A stretch of DNA of 64,000 nucleotides from Mobula hypostoma (taxonomy: Eukaryota): assembly GCF_963921235.1 (NCBI RefSeq), contig NC_086097.1, forward strand, positions 122,638,001 to 122,702,000, written 5' to 3'. Below the pieces are notes generated by a model, which did not search any database, was not told where the DNA came from, and saw nothing but the letters and a program-made list of their open reading frames with translations. Below, piece by piece: positions 50,076 through 61,305 of the stretch (its first letter is position 1; each line of letters opens with the position of its first letter). The position numbers and the translations under genes were made by a program.

Positions 50076-50649
50076 CTGAAATGTGGGGCAAACATTGCTA
50101 AGACCAAATGTATAACATATGCTGATTACTATTGCAGTGTAATGCCTTGTGGATGACATCTTTGACAGACTATTAATTAATTATTATTTAATATAAAATA
50201 ATATTAATTAATCAATAGAATTTAAATATATTGTCATCAGTCCAAATATCTTCAATGTGTTGTATTGATCTCAAAGAGATTGTGTACATATCTCATATCT
50301 GCTGGACGGAATATGAAGAAAAATGGCAACAAATGGACTGGTTTGAAATAATTCCTTATGTAATTTCAAGGATCAAGAATTAGCTTTACTCATCGCATAT
50401 TTTTACACGTATTAGGAATTTGCTGTGCTGCGTTGGCATAACATGCAACAAAAAACAACATCATTCAACCATTATAACAATAAAGAATTTTATCAAAAAT
50501 AAACTTGGAGGTTAAAGCACAGATGTGGAATAAACTGTGCATAAATACATAAACACCAGCTTGTCCTTACAATATGAACCACATTATAAAAAGTGGTTTA
50601 AAGTGCTTTCTGTGCAATGCAGTGACTGAGGGTGGGGTGGTTAACTAAT

Positions 50650-50935
50650 TTTTATTTATTTAGAGAAACAGAGAGGAACAGCCCATTCCAGCCCAAAAAG
50701 CCACACCTCCCAGCAACCCCTGATTTAACCCTGGCCTAATCACCGAAGAATTTACAATGACTAATTAACCAACTATCCGGTACACCTTTGGACTGCAAGA
50801 GGAAACTAGACCACCCAGAGGAATCCCACGTGCTCAGAGGAAGGACGTACAAACTCCTAACAGAGGGCACTGGAATTAAACCCCGAACTCTGATGAAGCG
50901 AGCTACAATAGTGTCGCAATAACCGCTACGTTACG
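50650..50935 (-). mobile_element. V-SINE-like SINE
   Basis: GAGGAAACTAGACCACCCAGAGGAATCCCAC core; head GTAACGTAGCGGTTATT on the - strand. Confidence 0.65.
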
Positions 50936-51019
50936 GCTGCAGTAACGGTTAACAATGACGTAAGAAAATCAAATTTAACTGAAGATTGATAACTGTTTGG
51001 AAACTTAACATCACTTGCA

Positions 51020-51371
51020 TAGACTCAGTTGTCTCTTTTTTAGGTACACCTGCTCATTAATGCAAGTCTGTAAGTAACGGTGCAAAAAATGAAAATAAAG
51101 ACATAGAGTGAGCAGCAGTTCTGTGGGTGAAAACAACTTGCTAATGAGGCAGGTCAGAGGAGAATGGGCAGACTGGTTCAAGCTGTCAGGAAGGTGACAC
51201 TAACTTAAATAATCATGTGTTACAACAGTGGTGTGCAGAAGAGCATCTCTGCATGAACAACATGTCAAACCTTGAAGTTGATGGGCTACAGCAGCAGAAG
51301 ACGGTGGATGTGTGCTCAGTACAGCCACTCTATGAGGTTCGTGAAGTACCTAATAAAGTGGCCACGGAGTG
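51020..51371 (+). mobile_element. Non-autonomous Tc1 derivative with a further internal deletion
   Basis: Decayed left TIR; LVQAVRKVTLT...GYSSRR; right-end TIR pair. Confidence 0.75.
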
Positions 51372-52126
51372 GGTGGCTAATGCTTTTTAGGTTTGTATCT
51401 TATTAAGACTTGCAGCATGTTAATGTATTGCAGCAATGTTCATGGAGAAGGTTCCCGAAAGTTTGTCCTAGGAGATGCTGTCCACTTGTACATATGCAGC
51501 AATGCATGCAGTAGAGAGATGATGCTTGCCTCCTAGACTGTTCTCTTGCTTAATAAAACACTTGCTTGATTTAACCCTATTTGAGTGATAGTGGTATGAT
51601 ACCCATAAGCTTTTGTTGGAAAAAATATTGCGTTTTAGCAATCCAATTTAGCAGTCATCCCACTCATTAACCAGGTCGCGTATTAGGACGAGCAAATCAC
51701 ATGTAAATCGCAAAGAGGGGCATTAACCCATGCAGTTTTTGCCCAGTAGACTGTCAGCGTGTGATTCATGTCGGCTACGGCCTGAGTGATTGCGCCTCTA
51801 TCTCTATTTGGTTACACTCCATCGAATCTACGGCTCTGAGAAATCATGTAACAGCCTGAAACATTTACCTTATTGCCATTTGATTCCCTTGAGGTCCTTC
51901 AAATAAATAGATGACTTGCCAGCTTTCAAGAGCAGTGCATCAGTCATCAGCTGAATGGATGTGGACATGGCACTGTGACTAATGGCGCTTTCACTGCTTG
52001 CAACAGATACTTATGATTGCTGCTGTCAATTTCACAACCACAGGAAGGGCTGTCAGAGACAGCAACATCCCCTCAAAAAAAAAAGCGGGTGCAATCAATT
52101 CTGCAGCCAGACCATTATTTCCACAG

Positions 52127-52169
52127 AAACCCGAAGTTGTCATAATGTCTGTGCTTTATGCAATTTCAG
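52127..52169 (+). other. Candidate small exon (unidentified)
   Basis: TTATTTCCACAG acceptor and CAG|GTAATT donor in non-repetitive sequence; one reading is KPEVVIMSVLYAIS. Confidence 0.2.
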
Positions 52170-52364
52170 GTAATTGATTCAACATCTGTGGACCATTCTC
52201 TGCAGCTAATGCTGGACTGTGACCTTCCCTCTGCTCTTACATATCATTCTTTGACAAGCCCACTTCTGCATGAACGAAAATGGCACTCTGAAATGCAGGA
52301 TCCAATTATCACTCTCTTGGTGATGTTAAACTTTGATAAAACAAAGTCTTATTTTGAACACGAG

Positions 52365-52760
52365 ATTCTGCAGATGTTGAAAATCCAGAGTAACACTGCA
52401 GGTCAGGCAGCATCTATGGAAAGGAATAAAAAGTCCAAAAAAAGTCGTTTTGGGCTGAGACCCTTCATCAGGACCGGAAAAGAAGACAGGAGGAAGCCAG
52501 AATAAAAAGGCAAGGGTGGAGGGGAAGGAGTACAACTAGAAGGTGATAGGTGAAGCCAGGTGAGGAGGAAAGTGGGTGGATGGGGGAGAGGGAAAGCAGT
52601 GAGAAGGTGGGAGGTGATTGGTGGAAAAGGCAAAGGGCTGAAGAAGCAGGAATCTGATAGGAGAGGAGAGTTGACAGTGGGAGAAGTGGGAGAAGTGGAA
52701 GAAGGAAGGGCATCAGGGGAAGGGAAGTGATAGGCAGCTGAGGAGAAAGGAAGAGATACT
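52365..52760 (-). mobile_element. Penelope-like 3'/pseudo-LTR segment with decayed hammerhead
   Basis: Reverse strand reads GTCCTGATGAAGGGTCTCAGCCCAAAACGAC; GA-rich tract. Confidence 0.7.
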
Positions 52761-53084
52761 TTGAACATGGAATTTCTCTTTACAATAACACAAAATAACA
52801 AACATCATTCAAGCTGTTTAAATGTTCCCTATCATAAGTGATATCATTTGCTTTTTACATGACAGGTGGGAGAAATAAAGTTAGTTGTGAAGAATATTTC
52901 AAGACAAATATGACAAGAAAGAAAGAAGGGAACTTTTCAATTTTTTAATGTGGTGATTTTCCTGTCTAGGGCACATTGTTTGCTTTATAGTCAGTGCAAT
53001 ACATCTGAAGTATAGTCATTGTAGGAATTTTACAATAGTGAATGCATACATAAATTTATATTACTTTTATTGTAGATTACTGTG

Positions 53085-53345
53085 TTGGCTTCCACAATGG
53101 TTTACAGTACCAAGCAACGTGGATTCAATTCTCGCCACCGTCAGTAAGGAATTTGTACGTTCACCCCATGACTGTGTGGGTTTCTTCCCGGTGCTCTGGT
53201 TTCCTCCACAGCCCAAAGTCGTATCGGCTGGTAGGTCAATTGGTCATTGTAAATTGTTCTGTGATTAAGCTATGGTTAAATTCTGGGCTGCTGGGCAGCG
53301 AGGCTCAAGGGGTCGGAAGAGCCTGTCCTGTGTTGTATCTCAATA
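53085..53345 (+). mobile_element. V-SINE-like SINE
   Basis: GTGGGTTTCTTCCCGGTGCTCTGGTTTCCTCCACA core. Confidence 0.7.
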
Positions 53346-53479
53346 AATAAACACAAGAAGCTCTGCAGATGCTGAAAATCCAACAAACGCAAATGCTTGA
53401 AGAACCCAGCAGTCCAGGCAGCATCCATAGAGAGTAATAAACAGTCGACATTTCACGCCAAGAACTTTCATCAGGACTT

Positions 53480-53765
53480 CACACCGGTTCAGAAGCCTGA
53501 TGTTTGAAGGGTAATAACTGTTCCTGAACCTGGTGGTGTGGGTCATAAGGCTCTTGCACCTTCTTCAAGATGGCAGCAACAAGAAGAGAGCATGGCCTGG
53601 CTGGTAGGGGTCCTTGATGACAGATGCTGCTTTCTTGTGTCAGCGCTCCTTGTAGATGTGCTCAATGGTGGGGAGGGTTTTGCCTGTGACAGACTGATCT
53701 GTATCCACCACTTTCATAGGCTTTTCCTTTCTTAAGCAGTGGTACTTCCACACCAGGTCGTAAGG
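53480..53765 (-). mobile_element. Rex1/Babar C-terminal fragment
   Basis: KVVDTDQSVTGKTLPTIEHIYKER; THTTRFRNSYYPSNIRLLN. Confidence 0.8.
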
Positions 53766-55780
53766 CAACCAGATGTATACTGGCAGCATTATCTTTTCCA
53801 ATTCTTGTTTATGCAGGACCAAGATATGGATTCCTCCAAACAAAGAAGGTAATTGTTGGTGGCAGAATAGAAAGAAATAAAAATGCAAAAAAAGGTGTGA
53901 TTACTTTGTATTTGTTTTGAGAGGGAAATATGAAGTCCTTTTGATATTGCATTACAATATGTCTTGAAGAAAAAGTTCTCAACACCCTTCATCACCCCTA
54001 TGCACTGCTACTTTACCCTTACACTCCACAGCTCAAACCTACACAGACACAGTCACTGTCCTCCTGTGGTTTCATAGCCTTGCTGCTACCCAGACAAGAG
54101 TTAGGTTGGGAAGAACATTGGGAATAAATTGATGGTGAACCTCTGCATTCGAGTTGACTGGACTCCTATCAATGATGAAGACAATTGTTAAATGAGGGAA
54201 ATAAAAACAGAAAGTCCTGAAATATTCAGAAAGTTAATCAGCATCCATGGGGAGAGAAGCAGAATGAACATTTCAAGTCAATCTCCTCTCTCTGGTTCTG
54301 CTTGCCAAGAAACACCTTGCCACTTTATCATTTCCTGTCAGAGTCACCTTAAGTTCAGGTACTCCTGTGCCTAGTGTCACTTTATGTACATGTAACCAGC
54401 CTATGAATATAAGGTAATCTTATGTATATATGACCACACTCAACAGTTCCTTGTACATTGTGTTCTATAAAATTACTCTTATGTTTATATTTATCGTATT
54501 TTATGCTTATTGTGTTTTTTTCCTTGGATCCGAAGTATCAATCATTTTTCTCCTTTACACTCGTGTACTCGTGTACAATAAATAATCTTGAATCTTGAAT
54601 CTTGACTTTGCAACCTTATCCAGCAGCTACCGAGTCTTCATTGTCAGGTATCTGATATATGGAAATCCATCTAAGACTTCAAGCTGGAGGTTGTGGTAGA
54701 AAGATAAAAATTGATGATATTAATGAGTATTGGGTGAAAGGAGAGGGTATAGATGGAAGTAAACAGTATTAGGTGAAAGAAGAGGGTGTAAAAGGAAGAC
54801 ATTTTCTCCTTGTTGTAATCTGTTGTAGATAGCTCTAACTACAGGAGATGAAAAAGACAGCAGGTGTTGAAATCTGGAGCAAAAAAAAACTGCTGGAGAA
54901 ATTCAGCATCTGTGAAGCCAAAAGGGTAGTTGACATTTAGGGTTAAGACCCTGCATCAGGAGTCTCTGCGTCTTTGGGCTGTTACACTGATTTATTAAAG
55001 AACCCGAATGTAAGCTTGAGGAAGATATCTCATCTTCCATCTAAGCATGCTCCAGCTCTTGGAGCTCTGCATTGTTCTCAACAATTTTAGATGTCCAGCC
55101 TTATTTATATCAGTATGTGCAGATTCTGGTGTAGAAGGAGAGAACATAGAAGGGATGCTATATAGTCAGATGATGACCTTGCAAGGTGCGAACAAAGCTG
55201 GGAATGAATCAACAATGAAGCTTTGCTTTCTAGCCAACAGGGCTCCATAATCATCAATCTTGTAGACAGTTGTTCAGATGAGGGGGAACAAAAAAATCGA
55301 AGTTTCTGAAATACTCAAAAGGCCAGTCGGCATCCATGGAGAGAGAGGCAGAATGAAAATTTCAAGTCAATTTTCTCTTTACAGAAATGTGAAGTACTGA
55401 ATTAGAAGGTGAGCAACTTTTCAAAGTGGGGGGAGGGGGAAGGAACAAACGGAATGTTTGTGATAGAATGGAATCCAGGGGGATATGAACAGCATCAATT
55501 AGGATGTTCTTGGGAACAATATTTACTTTTTAATGGCAAAAATATTGAAGAATTCTAACCTGCTTGTATTCGTGCTGGAGAGAGAAGGAGAGAAAACTAG
55601 ATCAATCCCTCATGAGTGATTTCTCTAATCATACTTAAAATGAAAAGACACCAGCAAATGAAATAAATACATTTTGGATGTGATAAGTTTGTAATATTTC
55701 TTCCCATATATTGAACTAGTGAACTGAGAACAAGTAGTACCATATTTTAGAGAAAAATAAATCAACTGCCATTTGTTCAG

Positions 55781-55903
55781 ACTGGATGGAGATAATTTAC
55801 ACTTATTCTCCACTTGACCAAAAACTTGTCATAACCACCGACTATGCTGTAAAGTCAATGCACCCATGCAGACAGACTGTGCAACAAGTTTGGCAACTGG
55901 CTT
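55781..55903 (+). CDS. Candidate internal exon (123 nt, phase 1-1), product unidentified
   Basis: ATTTGTTCAG acceptor and CTT|GTAAGT donor; only one frame is open (xWMEIIYTYSPLDQKLVITTDYAVKSMHPCRQTVQQVWQLA); non-repetitive context. Confidence 0.25.
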
Positions 55904-56744
55904 GTAAGTACGCATGTTCCAGCTAATTACTGTTTCATTATGGTGGTAGCTAACTCCTTTCTTTTCATCCTTGTCTTGTCGAGACTTGACTAAACACACT
56001 GCAATGTTGACTCTCCCTGTTTACCCTTGACTTTGTCTGGGAAAGTGCACTACTGTTTTGACTGACACTGTAATGGAGTGGTATTTATTTAGTATTTAGT
56101 TATTGCTTCCAGCTACAGTATTGTCAATCAGCTTACAGTCTGAGAGTTTAATTAATAGCTCTGTTGGCCTAGTACTATTGTTTTTTTTTCCCCTTTTCCT
56201 TTAAGTTCAGCAACAGTTCTAAATTAAAGTTGGTGAACTGTTGACTTGCTTCAGTGTCCCCACACTTGGGCCATATCCCAACATTCTGAAAAAAGTATTG
56301 ATGAACCTAATTCATAAATGCAGATAAAATCATTGCAATTAATTGCAAGTAAATAAATGGTCATAATCAATTGCTCCATTGAAAAGGAAATCATATATAA
56401 TCAGTGTTTTGCTTAATTCCTTTCTTGGTATGGTATCATGGAAGGAGGAGCAAACCTACATTTGATAATGTACATTTGGTGTCCACAATCTCTAGATAAG
56501 ATATTACAAAACTTTGCCTGGAGAACTGAATCCTTGATAGGTTTGTGGGTTTGGAACTTCAAAAAACCAGTGTATAGTAACTGTACCTTGTGGCATTAGG
56601 ACACACTGAGGAGCAGAGGGATCTCAAAATATAAGATTTTGTCAGTATTCATAATGATATTGTTAGATTGGGGGACTTTCATTATGGGGAGAGATTGGAT
56701 AGGCTGGTCTTAATTTCCTTGGAGTGAAGGACGCTGAGTGAAGG

Positions 56745-59700
56745 ACAAAGGCTTCTGACAGTCGCCAGGATGTGGGCTACAAATTTCAACAGGAGATAGA
56801 AAAGGCATGTGAAAAGGGCAAAGTTGTGATAGTCAATGAGGATTTCAATATGCAGGTAGATTGGGAAAATGAGGCTGGTGATGGATCCCAAGCCAGGACA
56901 TTTGCAGAATGCTTATGAGATGGCTTTTTAGAGCATGCTTGTGGTTGAACCCTCCAGGGAATGGCAGTTCTGGTTTGGGTGTTGTGTAATGACTCAGATT
57001 TGATTAGGGAGCCAAAGGTAAATGAATCCTTAGGAGGCAGTGATTATAACATGATAGAATTCACCCTGCAATTTGTGAAGGGGAAGCTAGAATCCAATGT
57101 ATCAGTATTACAGTGGAGTAGTGGGAATTACAGAAGCATGAGAGAGGAGCTGACCACAGTTGATTGGAAGGGGACACTAGCAGGGATGACGATAGAACAG
57201 CAATGGCTGGTGCTTCTGGGAGCAAATTGGAAGGCACAGGGTAGATGCATCCCAAAGATGAAGAAGAATTCTATAGGGAGAATGAGGCAACCACGGCTAA
57301 CAAGAGAAGCCAAAGATAACACAAAAGCAAAAGAGAGAGCATATAGTATAGCAAAACTTAATGAGAAGGTAAAGAATTAGGAAGCTTATAAAAAACCAAC
57401 ATAAGGCAACTAAATAAGACATAAAGAGAGAATATATAGAAACATAGAAACATAGAAAATAGGTGCAGGAGTAGGCCATTCGGCCCTTCGAGCCTGCACC
57501 GCCATTTATTATGATCATGGCTGTTCATCCAACTCAGAACCCCGCCCCAGCCTTCCCTCCATACCCCCTGACCCCTGTAGCCACAAGTGCCATATCTAAC
57601 TTCCTCTTAAACATAGCCAATGAACTGGCCTCAACAGTTTGCTGTGGCAGAGAATTCCACAGATTCACCACTCTCTGTGTGAAGAAGTTTTTCCCAAGCT
57701 CGGTCCTAAAAGGCTTCCCCTCTATCCTCAAACTGTGACCCCTCGTTCTGGACTTCCCCAACATCGGGAACAATCTTCCTACATCTAGCCTGTCCAATCC
57801 CTTTAGGATCTTATACGTTTCAATCAGATCCCCCCTCAATCTTCTAAATTCCAACGAGTACAAGCCCAGTTCATCCAGTCTTTCTTCATATGAAAGTCCT
57901 GCCATCCCAGGAATCAATCTGGTGAACCTTCTTTGTACTCCCTCTATGGCAAAGATGTCTTTCCTCAGATTAGGGGACCAAAACTGCACACAATACTCCA
58001 GGTGTGGTCTCACCAAGGCCTTGTACAACTGCAGTAGTACCTCCCTGCTCCTGTACTCGAATCCTCTCGCTATAAATGCCAGCATACCATTCGCCTTTTT
58101 CACCGCCTGCTGTACCTGCATGCCCACTTTCAATGACTGGTGTATAATGACACCCAGGTCTCGTTGCACCTCCCCTTTTCCTAATCGGCCACCATTCAGA
58201 TAATAATCTGTTTTCCTATTTTTGCCACCAAAGTGGATAACTTCACATTTATCCACATTAAATTGCATCTGCCATGAGTTTGCCCACTCACCCAACCTAT
58301 CCAAGTCACCCTGCATCCTCTTAGCATCCTCCTCACTGCTAACACTGCCACCCAGCTTCGTGTCATCCGCAAACTTGGAGATGCTGCATTTAATTCCCTC
58401 ATCCAAGTCATTAATATATATTGTAAACAACCTGGGTCCCAGCACTGAGCCTTGCGGTACCCCACTAGTCACCGCCTGCCATTCTGAAAAGGTCCCGTTT
58501 ATTCCCACTCTTTGCTTCCTGTCTGCTAACCAATTCTCCACCCACACCAATACCTTACCCCCAATACCGTGTGCTTTAAGTTTCCACACTAATCTCCTGT
58601 GTGGGACCTTGTCAAAAGCCTTTTGAAAATCCAAATATACCACATCCACTGGTTCTCCCCTATCCACTCTACTAGTTACATCCTCAAAAAATTCTATCAG
58701 ATTCGTCAGACATGATTTTCCTTTCACACATCCATGCTGACTTTGTCCGATCATTTCACCGCTTTCCAAATGTGCTGTTATCACATCCTTGATAACTGAC
58801 TCCAGCAGTTTCCCCACCACCGACGTTAGGCTAACCGGTCTATAATTCCCCGGTTTCTCTCTCCCTCCATTTTTAAAAAGTGGGGTTACATTAGCCACCC
58901 TCCAATCCTCAGGAACTAGTCCAGAATCTAACGAGTTTTGAAAAATTATCACTAATGCATCCACTATTTCTTGGGCTTCTTCCTTAAGCACTCTAGGATG
59001 CAGACCATCTGGCCCTGGGGATTTATCTGCCTTCAATCCCTTCAATTTACCTAACACCACTTCCCTACTAACATGTATTTCACTCAGTTCCTCCATCTCA
59101 CTGGACCCTCTGTCCCTTACTATTTCTGGAAGATTATTTATGTCCTCCTTAGTGAAGACAGAACCAAAGTAATTACTCAATTGGTCTGCCATGTCCTTGC
59201 TCCCCATAATCAATTCACCTGTTTCTGTCTGCAGGGGACCTACATTTGTCTTTACCAGTCTTTTCCTTTTTACATATCTATAAAAGCTTTTACAGTCCGT
59301 TTTTATGTTCCCCGCCAGTTTTCTCTCATAATCTTTTTTCCCCTTCCTAATTAAGCCCTTTGTCCTCCTCTGCTGAACTCTGAATTTCTCCCAGTCCTCA
59401 GGTGAGCCACTTTCTCTGGCTAATTTGTATGCTACTTCTTTGGAATTGATACTATCCCTAATTTCTCTTGTCAGCCACGGGTGTACTACCTTCCTTGATT
59501 TATTCTTTTGCCAAACTGGGATGAACAATTGTTGTAGTTCATCCATGCAACCTTTAAATGCTTGCCATTGCATATCCACCGTCATAAATATTAAGTTAAA
59601 CTAGCCATTAATATAAAAAAGGATACCATATGTTTTTTCTTAGATAGACAAAGAGTAAAAGTGAGACAAGAGTGTACATTGGATCACTAGAAAATGATGG

Positions 59701-60630
59701 TGGAGAGGTAGTAAGAGGGGACCAAGAAATGATGGATAAACTTAATAAGTACTGTATTTTGCATCAGTTTTCACTGGGGAAGACACCAGCAGAATGATAG
59801 AAATGTGAGAGTCTCAGGGAGCAGAAATAAGTGTTTTTGCTATTACTAAGGAGAAGGTGCTTGGCAAGCTGAAAAATTTGAAAGTTCCTAAGTCACCTGG
59901 AATGGTTCTGGAGTACAGGAAAATGGAATATGTCACTCCACACCTTAAGAAGGGAGGGAGGCAGAGGAAAAGAAATTTTAGGCCAGTTAGCCTGGCTTCA
60001 GTAGTTGCAAAGATGTTGGAGTCTATTATTAAGGATGAGGTTTCAGGATACTTGGATGCACATGACAAAATAGGCCAAAATCAGTGTGGTTTCCTTAAGG
60101 AGGTACTAGATACTAGCCTGGATAGAAGATTGGCTGACTGGCTGGAGGCAACGAATAGGAATAGAAGAGGCCTTTTCTGGTTGGCTGCCGGTAAGTAGAG
60201 GTGTGCTGCAGGGATTGGTGCAGGGACCACTTCTTTTCATGTTATATGTAAACAATTTGGATGAACAATTTGATGGCTTTGTGGCCAAGTTTTCAGATGA
60301 TTCAAAGATAGGTGAAGGGGCAGGTAGTGTCAAGGAAGTAAGATGTCTGAGAGAAGGACTTAGACAGATTGGGAGAATGAGCAAGGAAGTGGCAGTTGGA
60401 ATTTAGTGTAGTGAAGTGCATTGTCATGCACTTTGGTAGAAGGAATAAAATTCCAAAATCAGAGTGCAAAGGGACTTAGGACTCCTCATGCAGGAATCCC
60501 TGAAGTTTAACTTGCAGTGTGAATCAATGGTAAGGAAAATAAATGCTCTGTTAGCATTCATTTTGAGAGGACTAGAATACAAAAGCAAAAATGTAATGGT
60601 GAAGCTTTATAAGGCATCGGTCAGAACGCA
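56745..60630 (+). mobile_element. Older CR1 ORF2 (APE to RT) split by young copy D
   Basis: LGGSDYNMIEF, NFRPVSLASVVAKMLESIIKD, KFSDDSKIG; many lesions. Confidence 0.85.
57436..59584 (-). mobile_element. Young CR1 copy D, 5'-truncated; RT-containing frame open throughout
   Basis: 683-aa ORF nearly identical to copy B, with KFADDTK; (CATAGAAA)n tail. The ATG at 59585 is created by the junction. Confidence 0.98.
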
Positions 60631-61305
60631 CTTAGAAGCTAGGTAAGCTGTGTTTGCTTTCCTTGGAGTGGAGGAAGTTGTGGCAGGAACTAACAGAGGC
60701 ATACAAAATTATGTGGGGTACAGATAGGGTAAATAGTAGGAAACTTCTCCCCATAGCAGAGATATCTAAAAATACAGGAGCTAGGCTTAGGGAAGGGATA
60801 GGTGATTTCAAAGGAATTTGAGGAAGAACATTGTCAATCAAAAAGCAGTTGGAATCTTGCTGAATGGCAGTGAAGGCAGGTTTTCTCATAAACCTCAAAA
60901 ATTATCTGAATGAGCACTTACAGCAACAACACATAAAAATGATGCATCAAATACTGGTAAGTAAGATTAGTATAGTTAGATATGTCATAGTCAGCATGGA
61001 CATTGTTGGCCAAAAGGCCTGTTTCTGTGCAGTCTCTGTGTCTGTGGTAATGTCAAAAGAAGTATAAGATCATACATTTATACATCAGTGAGACCCAATG
61101 TAGATTGGGGAACTGTTTTTTTGCACACACTCCATCCACAACAAGCAGAATCTCCCAGTGGCTAACCATTTTAAGTCCAATCCCTATTCCCATTCTGACA
61201 TGTCAATCCGTGGCCTTCTCTACTGACAAGGTGAGACCACTCTCAGGTTGGAGGAGCAACATCTCACATTCCAACTCCATCCTGACAGCATGAACATTGA
61301 TTTCT

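Noticed and set aside
59583..59585. ATG start of the 683-aa RT ORF as a domesticated gene
   Set aside because: The ATG is formed by the truncation junction; near identity to copy B explains the open frame without selection.
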